The notes: generated by a model not told the origin, from the letters alone. A stretch of DNA of 32,000 bases from Mycolicibacterium smegmatis (GCF_001457595.1 NZ_LN831039.1:3000001-3032000), one strand, 5' to 3'; shown: positions 17,421 through 25,325, counted from the first letter of the stretch. A program made the numbers and translations.

Positions 17421-17444
17421 GTCGTTTATGCGTCACGTCATAAG

Positions 17445-17480
17445 ACAGGCGCCCCCGAACCGAGGTTCGGGGGCGCCTGT
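17445..17480 (-). terminator. Perfect GC-rich hairpin, a likely intrinsic terminator of the kshB/hsaA/hsaC-like operon
   Basis: ACAGGCGCCCCCGAAC (17445-17460) pairs perfectly with GTTCGGGGGCGCCTGT (17465-17480) around a CGAG loop. It lies 41 nt downstream of the hsaC-like stop (17521). There is no long U-tract, as is common in mycobacteria. Confidence 0.6.
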
Positions 17481-17520
17481 GAACGTGTGGACAGCGTGCG
17501 TCTACGTGGGGGGCCGGTGC

Positions 17521-18423
17521 TCACGGCTGCATCGCCCGCGGCAGGTCACTGACCCACTGATGGCCCCAGTAGCTGTCCGCGGTGATCTCTTCGGCGGTGT
17601 AGTGCTGCTCGTCGACCCGCATCCCGTCGGTGCCGAACTCGATATCCCAGTCGCCGGGAGCGCGCACGTAGAAGGACACCATCTTGTCGTTGGTGTGTCT
17701 GCCCAGCGTCGACGACAGCTGGAACCCGTCGGCGTTGACCCGGTCGAGGGCCTGTCCGACCGCGTCCAGCGAATCGACCTCCACCATCAGGTGGACCAGG
17801 CCCGGGTCCCGCAACGTCGAGGCGGGGCAGAGGGCCAGGCTGTGGTGGCGTTCGTTGACTCCGAGGAAGCGCACCCGTACGGGACCGAACTCCGGGGGCA
17901 CGGGTACCCGGAATGCGCCGCGCGACTTGAAACCGAGTGTCTCGGTGTAGAACTCGAACAATCCGTTGACATCGAGCGCGGGGAGCACCACGTGCCCGAG
18001 GCCCTGATCGCCGGTGACGAACCGCGCGCCGAACGGCGTGACGACCGGGCTGTGGTCGAGCACCGGACCGTGGAACACCTCGAGGGAGGTGCCTGCCGGA
18101 TCCTCGAACGCGATGGCCTCCTCCACGCGCCGACTGTCGGCTTCGGCGAGCGACAGTTGTTTGTGGGGCACACCCGCAGCGTCCAGCGCGCGCTTGACCT
18201 CCTGCAGGGCGGCGTGGTCGCGCACCTCCCAGCCGACGGTGACGATCTTGTCGACATCGCCGGGGGTCACGATGATGCGGGCGCAGCGTTCGTCCATCCG
18301 CAGGTACAGCGCATCCGGATCGGGACCCTTGCCCTCGGCGAAACCGAGTACACCGAAGGCGAAGTGACGCCACCGCTGCATGTCCGTGGCTTGGACGGTG
18401 ACGTATCCGAGGCTCTTGATCAT
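17521..18423 (-). CDS. hsaC: Type I extradiol (catechol meta-cleavage) dioxygenase, HsaC/BphC-like paralogue
   Basis: Track ORF, 300 aa. Blocks MIKSLGYVTVQATDM..W, ALYLRMDE, FVTGDQGLGHVVL, HHSLA, VHLMVEV, LGRHTNDKMVSFY and DIEFG run colinear with what I recall of M. tuberculosis HsaC (Rv3568c). GGAGA SD upstream. Confidence 0.9.
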   Translation of the reverse strand: MIKSLGYVTVQATDMQRWRHFAFGVLGFAEGKGPDPDALYLRMDERCARIIVTPGDVDKIVTVGWEVRDHAALQEVKRALDAAGVPHKQLSLAEADSRRVEEAIAFEDPAGTSLEVFHGPVLDHSPVVTPFGARFVTGDQGLGHVVLPALDVNGLFEFYTETLGFKSRGAFRVPVPPEFGPVRVRFLGVNERHHSLALCPASTLRDPGLVHLMVEVDSLDAVGQALDRVNADGFQLSSTLGRHTNDKMVSFYVRAPGDWDIEFGTDGMRVDEQHYTAEEITADSYWGHQWVSDLPRAMQP

Positions 18424-18439
18424 GCTCGTGGTCTCCTGC

Positions 18440-19621
18440 TCAGATCATCGCCCGCAGCGGGCCCTGTGGGTCGACACCCAGCGAACTGAGTGCCGAGGCG
18501 TGGTAGACGGTGCCCGGCACGTGGATGGCGTGCGCCTGCCCGACGTGCACGTCGCGCCAGTACCGCTGCAGCGGCTTGTCCATGCGGGCGGCGTTGCCGC
18601 CGCAGCGCGCGAAGATCTCGTCGACGGCCGACACCGCCCGCCACACGGCGCGGATCTGGGTGCGCCTGCCCGCGGCCCGGTTTTCGAAGGACACCTCTTT
18701 GCCCGCGGCCACCATGTCGTAGATGCGGTCGGCGTTGGCCAGGAGTTCCTGGCGCGCGGCGTTGATGTCCGCGGCGGCCTCACCGATCGCGTACATGACG
18801 TATGGGTCGTCCTTGACGGCCACACCGCTGGAGTTGACGCGCTGGCGCTGATAGTCGAGCGCCGCGGCCAGTGCGCCCTCGGCGATGCCGATCGTCGCCG
18901 AGGAGATGCCGAGCGGGAACATCGTCGACCACGGCATCAGGTACAGCGGTTCGGTCATGCCGGCCTCGCGCTGCGCGGTGCCGTCCATGACCTTCATGCC
19001 GTCCATGGTTCGGTACGCCGGTACGAAGGCGTCCTTGACGATGACGTCCTTGGAGCCGGTGCCGCGCAGGCCCACGACATCCCACGAATCGTCGACGATC
19101 TCGTAGTCCTTGCGCGGGAGGATCATGTGCAGCATCTGCGGCGGCATCAGCGGGGTGCCGTCCGCGTCACCGACCATCGCGCCCAGGATGATCCAGTCGC
19201 AGTGGTCGGTTCCCGAACTGAACTGCCACCGGCCGTTGAAGATGTAGCCGCCGTCGACGGGGACGGCGACGCCTTGCGGCGCATAGGGGGACGCGACCCA
19301 GGTGTCGACGTCCTGGGCCCAGATCTCTTCTCCCACCCGCGGGTCGGCATACGCGAGCTGGTAGGGATGGACACCGACCACGCCGTTGATCCAGCCGGCC
19401 GACGGATCCAGCGCGGCGGTGGCCATGACGGTCTCGGCGAACTCGCGCGGGTGGACCTCAAGCCCGCCATGCTTTTTCGGCTGGAGCAACCGGATGCTGC
19501 CGACCTGCTTCATCGTCTTGACCGTGGTGTCGGTCAGCTTGCCGATCCTCTCGGCCTCGACGGCTTGTTCGCGTAGCTGGTCGGCGAGTTCAGCGATACC
19601 GTCGATCACCCGTTTTGTCAT
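18440..19621 (-). CDS. hsaA: Flavin-dependent monooxygenase, oxygenase component (acyl-CoA-dehydrogenase fold), HsaA-like paralogue
   Basis: Track ORF 18440..19816, trimmed to ATG 19621 (MTKRVIDGIAELADQLREQ...), 393 aa. LLQPKKHGGLE, VDGGYIFNGRWQFSSGTDHCDW, VVGLRGTGSKDVIVKDAFVP and QRYWRDVHVGQAH are colinear with HsaA (Rv3570c) as I recall it. Confidence 0.9.
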   Translation of the reverse strand: MTKRVIDGIAELADQLREQAVEAERIGKLTDTTVKTMKQVGSIRLLQPKKHGGLEVHPREFAETVMATAALDPSAGWINGVVGVHPYQLAYADPRVGEEIWAQDVDTWVASPYAPQGVAVPVDGGYIFNGRWQFSSGTDHCDWIILGAMVGDADGTPLMPPQMLHMILPRKDYEIVDDSWDVVGLRGTGSKDVIVKDAFVPAYRTMDGMKVMDGTAQREAGMTEPLYLMPWSTMFPLGISSATIGIAEGALAAALDYQRQRVNSSGVAVKDDPYVMYAIGEAAADINAARQELLANADRIYDMVAAGKEVSFENRAAGRRTQIRAVWRAVSAVDEIFARCGGNAARMDKPLQRYWRDVHVGQAHAIHVPGTVYHASALSSLGVDPQGPLRAMI

Positions 19622-19680
19622 GGAACCGATCGTGGACCGTACCGGGCACACACCGTCGGGTGTTTCCCGGTCAGCGGAAA

Positions 19681-20736
19681 TCAGAACTCGATCCTTATCC
19701 GGTCCGACACCGGACGCGCCTGACAGGCCAGGAAGAGCCCGTCCGCGATGTCCTGCGCATCGAGAATCGGGGTGTCGCCGCGTTCGATCTCGCCGTCCAG
19801 CACGGTCGCCGCGCATGATCCGCAGCTGCCCTCACGGCATGAGTACGGCACCTCGACACCTGCGGCCAGCATGGTGTCGACCAGATTGCGGTCACGCGGC
19901 CAACGAAGTTGGTGCACCGTTCCGTCGAGTTCGATCTCGGCTTCGGCAGCGCCGGCATCGGTTCCGGGGCCGGCCGGCCCCGAGGCGGGCACGTCTTCGG
20001 CGAACGGGTCTCCCGACAGGGATTGGAACACCTCAAGGTGGATGCGTCGGCGCGGAACCCCGGCCTCCGTAAGCGCGGCCCGTACCACCGCCATGAACGG
20101 CTCTGGACCGCAGATGAACGACTCGTAACCGCTGAACAACTGTGCGAACCCGCACAACTGGGCCCGCGTCGGCAGGCCCTGGACCGATTCCAGCCAGTGC
20201 AACACCGTCAACCGGCCCGCGTGGCGCGCGGCCAGTTCACGCAGTTCGGCCGCGAAGATCACTGACCGCTCGTCGCGGTTGGCGTAGCAGAGGATCACCC
20301 GGCCCGAGCCGGCCGAGAGCACCGATTTGAGGATCGACATCACCGGTGTGATGCCACTACCGGCTGCCCACAGCAGAAAATCGTCGTCCAGGTTCGCCGG
20401 GGTGAACACACCCGACGGCGGCAGCGATTCGATCGTGGACCCGACAGAGACGTTGTCGCACAACCAGTTCGAACCATAACCACCGTCGGTGCGCTTGACC
20501 GTGACCTTGTGTGCGTCGTCGGTGTGCGGCGAACTGGCCAGTGAGTAGCAGCGTGCCACCGATCCCGTTCGCTCACTCGGGATGCGCAGCGTCAGGAACT
20601 GCCCGGGCCGGTATCCGAAGTGGTCGCGGTGTTCGTCGGGGACGGCGAACACCAATGACCGGGCGTCATGGCTCTCGTCGATGACTTCGGTGACCGTGAG
20701 CCGCGCGATACGCGTGCTGGATTCGACGTCGGACAT
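19681..20736 (-). CDS. kshB: Ferredoxin-NAD(P)H reductase with a C-terminal plant-type [2Fe-2S] domain, KshB-like (3-ketosteroid 9-alpha-hydroxylase reductase paralogue)
   Basis: Track ORF 19681..20838, trimmed to ATG 20736 (MSDVESSTRIARLTVTEVIDESHDARSLVFAVPD...), 351 aa. RCYSL flavin motif, GSGITPVMS NAD motif, and CREGSCGSCAATV...LACQ cluster. GQFLTLRIPSERTGSVARCYSL and LTVLHWLESVQGLP closely match my recollection of M. tuberculosis KshB (Rv3571). Confidence 0.9.
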   Translation of the reverse strand: MSDVESSTRIARLTVTEVIDESHDARSLVFAVPDEHRDHFGYRPGQFLTLRIPSERTGSVARCYSLASSPHTDDAHKVTVKRTDGGYGSNWLCDNVSVGSTIESLPPSGVFTPANLDDDFLLWAAGSGITPVMSILKSVLSAGSGRVILCYANRDERSVIFAAELRELAARHAGRLTVLHWLESVQGLPTRAQLCGFAQLFSGYESFICGPEPFMAVVRAALTEAGVPRRRIHLEVFQSLSGDPFAEDVPASGPAGPGTDAGAAEAEIELDGTVHQLRWPRDRNLVDTMLAAGVEVPYSCREGSCGSCAATVLDGEIERGDTPILDAQDIADGLFLACQARPVSDRIRIEF

Positions 20737-20876
20737 GGCACGAGATTGTGACGGGCGGCGAGGGTCCCCGGCGGGTGGCGGGCCCAATGGACGGGAGGAA
20801 ATCCCGAGGAATCCCGTCGTCCGGTGACCGGGAAGCACACCGGAAGGGGCCGCCGCGGTCTCCTAATCTGCGTGCC
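20737..20876. promoter_or_regulatory. Divergent promoter region between the kshB-like operon and the second BVMO operon, with a tandem direct repeat
   Basis: 140 bp separate divergent starts. AGGAAATCCCG (20797-20807) is followed immediately by AGGAATCCCG (20808-20817). The first copy is embedded in GGGA-N5-TCCC dyad symmetry. Confidence 0.4.
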
Positions 20877-22490
20877 GTGAGTAGCACGACTGAAAAAGTT
20901 GTCGACGTCGTCGTGGTCGGTGCGGGCTTCGGCGGCCTGTACGCCCTGCACAAGTTCCGTGGTGACGGCTTGTCGGTCCGTGTGTTCGAGGCCGCTCCCG
21001 AAGTGGGTGGAACCTGGTACTACAACCGGTATCCGGGTGCCCGCTGCGACGTCGAGAGCCTCGACTACAGCTACTCGTTCTCCGATGAGCTCCAACAGGA
21101 ATGGACCTGGACGGAGAAGTACGCCACCCAGGCCGAGATCCTGCGCTACATCAACTGGGTCGCCGACAAACTCGACCTGCGGTCCGGCATCACGTTCAAC
21201 ACGCGCGTGGTCTCCGCGGTTCTCGACGAGACCACGCTGCGCTGGCGCGTCGAGACCGACACCGGAGAAGTGCTCACCGCGCGATTCGTGGTGATGGCCA
21301 CCGGTCCACTCTCATCGCCGTTGACGCCGAACTTCCCCGGGTTGGACAGCTTTGCCGGCGAGGTCTACCACACCGCGTACTGGCCGCACGAGGACGTGGA
21401 TTTCACCGGCAAGCGCGTCGGGGTGATCGGGACAGGGTCCTCAGGGATCCAGTCGATCCCGATCATCGCCGAACAGGCGTCGCACCTCTACGTGTTCCAG
21501 CGGACGCCCAACTACAGCGTGCCCGCGGGCAACCGCCCGCTGACCGGGGAGGAACTCGCCGAAGCCAAGGCCAATTACGCCGAACGGCGCAGGAAGTCGT
21601 GGCGCAGCGGCGGCGGCTCGCCGCACGTGGCGCACCCGAAACTGACCATGGAGGTCAGCCCGGAAGAACGGCGCGAAGCGTTCGAACGCCGTTGGCAGCT
21701 CGGTGGTGTCCTGTTCTCCAAGACCTTCAGTGACCAGATGATCAACCCGGAGGCCAACGAGGAGGCGCGGAAGTTCTACGAGGAGAAGATCCGCGCGGTC
21801 ATCGACGATCCCGAGGTCGCCGATCTGTTGATCCCGGACGACCATCCGATCGGGACCAAGCGGATCTGTACCGATACCAACTACTTCCAGACGTTCAACC
21901 GGCCCAACGTGACGCTGGTGAGCGTCCGGAAGACACCGATCGAATCGATCGACGCCACCGGGATAGCCACCTCGGACGCCCATTACGACCTCGATGCCCT
22001 GGTGTTCGCCACGGGTTTCGACGCGATGACGGGCACGTTGGCCAAGATCGACATCGTCGGCCGCGGCGGGCAGAAGCTGGTCGACGACTGGGCCGACGGA
22101 CCGCGCACCTATCTGGGCCTCGGCGTCGACGGGTTCCCCAACCTGTTCCTGGTGTCCGGACCCGGTGCGCCCGCGGTGCTCGCGAACATGGTTCTGCACG
22201 CCGAAGCCCACGTCAACTGGATCTCCGAGGCCATCGGCCACCTGAACGAGCACGGGTATGCCGCGATCGAGGCCACACCGGAAGCCGTCGAGAACTGGAT
22301 CGCCGAGTGCAACCAACGCGCCGAGGCCACCCTGTTCCCGAAGGCGAACTCCTGGTACATGGGCGCCAACGTTCCGGGTAAGCCGCGCGTGTTCATGCTC
22401 TTCATCGGTGGGTTCGGCGTCTACCTCGACATATGTGCCGAGGTCGCGAACGCCGGGTACAAGGGCTTCCGCCTGCTCGGGGCGGGGTAG
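20877..22490 (+). CDS. Type I Baeyer-Villiger monooxygenase (cyclohexanone / steroid monooxygenase size class)
   Basis: Track ORF 20748..22490, trimmed to in-frame GTG 20877 (VSSTTEKVVDVVVVGAGFGGLYA...), which places GxGxxG about 12 residues from the N-terminus as in CHMO-type enzymes. VGGTWYYNRYPGARCD, fingerprint FAGEVYHTAYWP, VIGTGSSGIQ and FATGFDA. There is no SD, so it may be leaderless. Alternative start ATG 20787. Confidence 0.88.
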   Translation: MSSTTEKVVDVVVVGAGFGGLYALHKFRGDGLSVRVFEAAPEVGGTWYYNRYPGARCDVESLDYSYSFSDELQQEWTWTEKYATQAEILRYINWVADKLDLRSGITFNTRVVSAVLDETTLRWRVETDTGEVLTARFVVMATGPLSSPLTPNFPGLDSFAGEVYHTAYWPHEDVDFTGKRVGVIGTGSSGIQSIPIIAEQASHLYVFQRTPNYSVPAGNRPLTGEELAEAKANYAERRRKSWRSGGGSPHVAHPKLTMEVSPEERREAFERRWQLGGVLFSKTFSDQMINPEANEEARKFYEEKIRAVIDDPEVADLLIPDDHPIGTKRICTDTNYFQTFNRPNVTLVSVRKTPIESIDATGIATSDAHYDLDALVFATGFDAMTGTLAKIDIVGRGGQKLVDDWADGPRTYLGLGVDGFPNLFLVSGPGAPAVLANMVLHAEAHVNWISEAIGHLNEHGYAAIEATPEAVENWIAECNQRAEATLFPKANSWYMGANVPGKPRVFMLFIGGFGVYLDICAEVANAGYKGFRLLGAG

Positions 22491-22589
22491 CCGACCCGCG
22501 CGGGCGAGGGCGAGGCGGTTGTCCGACAGGGTTGCCCGCGCTGATACCGTCCGGTCGACGGAACGCGTCACGACGACGATGAGGGGACC

Positions 22590-23384
22590 ATGCCTGACCT
22601 CGCGACATACGGACCATGGGCGGTCATCGCCGGCGGCTCGGAGGGTGTCGGCGCGGAGTTCGCGCGCCTGCTGGCCGAGGCCGGTGTCAACCTCGTCCTG
22701 ATCGCCCGCAAGCCGGGACCGCTCCAGGACACCGCCCAGCGGTGCCGCGAGATCGGGGTCGACGTGCGCACCGTCGCGACGGACCTCCTCGACCCCACGG
22801 CGGTGGAGCAGATCACCGGCGCCACCGCGGGTCTCGATGTGGGGTTGCTGATCTACAACGCCGGCGCCAGCACGTGCAACGAGCCGTTTCTCGACGCCCC
22901 GCTCGACGACTTCCGAAAAGTGCTCGACCTCAACGTCACCCGGATGATGGAGCTGGTCCAGCATTACGCGCGTCCCATGGTGGCGCGGCAGCGCGGCGGT
23001 GTCCTCATCGTGGGTTCTCTGTCGGGTTACATGGGCGCAGACCGGCATTCGGTGTACGGCGGGGCCAAGGCGTTCTCGCGGATCTTCGCCGAGAGCCTGT
23101 GGCTCGAACTGCGCGAGCACAACGTCGACGTGGTCGAACTGGTGCTCGGTGTCACCAGGACCCCGGCGATGGAGCGGGTGGGCCTCAACTTCGATGTGCC
23201 CGGCATGATCGTCAACGACCCCGCCGATGTCGCCGCCGAAGGCCTGGCCAACCTGGCCAACGGGCCGGTCCACATCGCGGGCGGCAACGCGGCGATCGCC
23301 GCGGCCAACAACGCCCCCGACCGGGCGAAGGTGGTGCTGCAGGCGCACGATCGGATGCGACGGCTGATCAACCGGGGCGCCTGA
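22590..23384 (+). CDS. Short-chain dehydrogenase/reductase
   Basis: Track ORF, 264 aa. VIAGGSEGVGAEFA (glycine-rich), YNAG and YGGAKAF. GAGGGGA SD upstream. Confidence 0.85.
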   Translation: MPDLATYGPWAVIAGGSEGVGAEFARLLAEAGVNLVLIARKPGPLQDTAQRCREIGVDVRTVATDLLDPTAVEQITGATAGLDVGLLIYNAGASTCNEPFLDAPLDDFRKVLDLNVTRMMELVQHYARPMVARQRGGVLIVGSLSGYMGADRHSVYGGAKAFSRIFAESLWLELREHNVDVVELVLGVTRTPAMERVGLNFDVPGMIVNDPADVAAEGLANLANGPVHIAGGNAAIAAANNAPDRAKVVLQAHDRMRRLINRGA

Positions 23385-23385
23385 G

Positions 23386-24255
23386 ATGCGGGTCGGATTG
23401 TCGACGCCCGTCGTCGTGCAGGTCCCACAGGTGGCCTCGGCGTGGGAGGCCACCGCGACCGTCGACGACCTCGTCTCGATCGCCGAGGTCGCCGACGACA
23501 CCGGGTTCGACTTCCTGACCTGTTCCGAGCACACCGCGGTGCCGCAGGCCGACGCGGCCCGCCGCGGTGCGGTCTACTGGGATCCGCTGTCCACCTTGGG
23601 CTTCCTGGCCGCACACACCCGCAGGATCCGTCTGGCCACGGCAGTTCTGGTACTTCCGTACCATCATCCGCTGGAGCTCGCGAAGCGCTACGGGACGCTC
23701 GACCGGCTCAGTGGTGGCCGCCTGGTCCTCGGTGTCGGGATCGGGTCGCTGCGTGAGGAATTCGACCTGATCGGCGCGCCCTGGGAGAAGCGCGGTGCCC
23801 GCGCCGACGATGCCATCCGGGCGTTGCGCGCGTCGATGGGCCGCGCCGAACCGGCCTATGAGGGCCCGTTCTACGCGTTCTCCGAGATGACCGTGCTGCC
23901 GCACGCCGAGCGGATCGACGTGCCGATCTGGGTGGGTGGGCGCACCGAGGCCTCGTTGCGCCGTGCCGTGTCGCTGGGAGACGGATGGATGCCGTTCGGC
24001 CTCAAGACATCCGAGATTCGCGCTCTTCTGGCGACGACACAGACACCGGCCGGGTTCGAGGTGGTGCTCAGCACCGGGCATGCCGTCGACCCGATCGGCG
24101 ACCCGGCGGGCACCCGCACGCGGTTGGCAGGCCTTGCCGATGCCGGAGCCACCGTGGCGTCCTGCACCATCGCGGCGACCTCGGCCTCGCACTACCGCGA
24201 CCAGGTCGCCCGGCTCTCCGAGATCGCCGGGACCGTGGAAGGGCGCGGGGCCTGA
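23386..24255 (+). CDS. Luciferase-like monooxygenase (LLM) class, probable F420-dependent oxidoreductase
   Basis: Track ORF, 289 aa. It starts 1 nt after the SDR stop. LLM TIM-barrel blocks: FDFLTCSEH, LPYHHPLELAKRYGTLDRLSGGRLVLGVGIG and VPIWVGG. Confidence 0.85.
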   Translation: MRVGLSTPVVVQVPQVASAWEATATVDDLVSIAEVADDTGFDFLTCSEHTAVPQADAARRGAVYWDPLSTLGFLAAHTRRIRLATAVLVLPYHHPLELAKRYGTLDRLSGGRLVLGVGIGSLREEFDLIGAPWEKRGARADDAIRALRASMGRAEPAYEGPFYAFSEMTVLPHAERIDVPIWVGGRTEASLRRAVSLGDGWMPFGLKTSEIRALLATTQTPAGFEVVLSTGHAVDPIGDPAGTRTRLAGLADAGATVASCTIAATSASHYRDQVARLSEIAGTVEGRGA

Positions 24256-24298
24256 GCTGGGGCCCGGGGTATCTGCGCAAGCCCGCTAGTGTCGATTC

Positions 24299-24676
24299 AT
24301 GGCGCGAGTTCAACGACACCTGGTCCTGCTCTCCGGAGTGTTTCGGATCGACCACGTGGCAGACGAGACCGTGGTCGATGGTGACGACTGGGTCGCCCAG
24401 GTGCGCGCACCGGAAGGCCTGACAGTGATCCGCAAGGCCGACAGCGACGAACGATGGGTGGGGCTGTACGGCGACGACGCCCATGATCTCGACGTCACCG
24501 GGATGCTGGCCGCGGTAGTGGGGCCGCTGGCCGACGCCGACATCTCGGTGTTCGTGGCCTCTACGTTCCACTCCGATCTCGTGCTGGTGCCCGAGGCGCA
24601 GAAAGCCACGGCAGTGAGCGTTCTCGAGGCCGCCGGCCACACCGTGCGCGAGGCGGATCAGGTCAGGCTCTTGTAG
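24299..24676 (+). CDS. Stand-alone ACT-domain protein (ACT_7 / CASTOR-like)
   Basis: Track ORF, 125 aa. LDVTGMLAAVVGPLADADISVFVASTFHSDLVLVPEAQKATAVSVLEAAGHTV matches the ACT_7 pattern (ligand-binding fold with a conserved S/T-T-x-x-x-D-x-hydrophobic-V). No clear SD. Confidence 0.75.
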   Translation: MARVQRHLVLLSGVFRIDHVADETVVDGDDWVAQVRAPEGLTVIRKADSDERWVGLYGDDAHDLDVTGMLAAVVGPLADADISVFVASTFHSDLVLVPEAQKATAVSVLEAAGHTVREADQVRLL

Positions 24677-24700
24677 AAACCCCGTCCACGGCCGCGGGAA

Positions 24701-24722
24701 ATAGATGGCGTCCGAAATCTAT
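24701..24722. promoter_or_regulatory. Candidate operator upstream of tetR (short inverted repeat)
   Basis: ATAGAT (24701-24706) and ATCTAT (24717-24722) are separated by 10 bp, inside a locally AT-rich stretch 49 nt upstream of the TetR start. Confidence 0.3.
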
Positions 24723-24770
24723 ATCATCGACGGCGGACGGTTGCGGTGAGGGACGGCGAGGGAGGATGCG

Positions 24771-25325
24771 ATGCCTCGGGTATCACGTGAGCAGATGCAG
24801 TCGAACCGGGCGGCAGTGGTGCAAGCGGCGTCCGAGCTGATCCGCGAGAAGGGCATGGCCGACGTCACCGTCGAGGCGATCTCGGCACGGGCGGGCCTGA
24901 CGCACGGGAGCTTTCACAAACAGTTCGCATCGAAGCAGGCGCTACTGCTGGAGGCGATCTGCGCGGCGGTCGACCAACGACGGGCGGCCGTCCAGAAAAC
25001 CGTCGAAGAACACGGCAGCGACGCGCCAGACGTTCTCAAGGACTGGTATCTGTCGGAGGAACACCGCGACAACCCGGCGACGGGATGTGCTGTCGCCGCG
25101 CTGGTGGGGCATGCAGCCACCGTCACCGACGATGCTCTGAGGGACGCTTATTGCCGCGCGGTCGACGACCTGCTGGCAATGGTCGAGGACGGGGGCACCG
25201 CCGACGCGTTCGGTGAGGTGGCGCTCATGGTCGGCGCCCTCGAACTGGCGCGCGCCACCAAGGGGACGCCACTGTCGGCCAGGTTCCTCGAGTCGGCTCG
25301 TCAACGGCTCTCGCGCCAGGAGTAG
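24771..25325 (+). CDS. TetR/AcrR-family transcriptional regulator
   Basis: Track ORF, 184 aa. N-terminal HTH VVQAASELIREKGMADVTVEAISARAGLTHGSFHKQFASKQALL. GAGGGAGGA SD upstream. Confidence 0.9.
   Translation: MPRVSREQMQSNRAAVVQAASELIREKGMADVTVEAISARAGLTHGSFHKQFASKQALLLEAICAAVDQRRAAVQKTVEEHGSDAPDVLKDWYLSEEHRDNPATGCAVAALVGHAATVTDDALRDAYCRAVDDLLAMVEDGGTADAFGEVALMVGALELARATKGTPLSARFLESARQRLSRQE

Noticed and set aside
15423-19576. Series of long plus-strand ORFs (15423..16661, 16469..17359, 17416..18489, 18380..19576)
   Set aside because: Each is antisense to a motif-supported minus-strand gene (esterase, IclR, hsaC-like, hsaA-like). The translations are Arg/Gly/His-rich without family signatures.
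21441-23534. 697-aa minus-strand ORF
   Set aside because: It is antisense to the BVMO and SDR genes, which carry complete catalytic fingerprints. It has no motifs and is compositionally biased. Shadow ORF.
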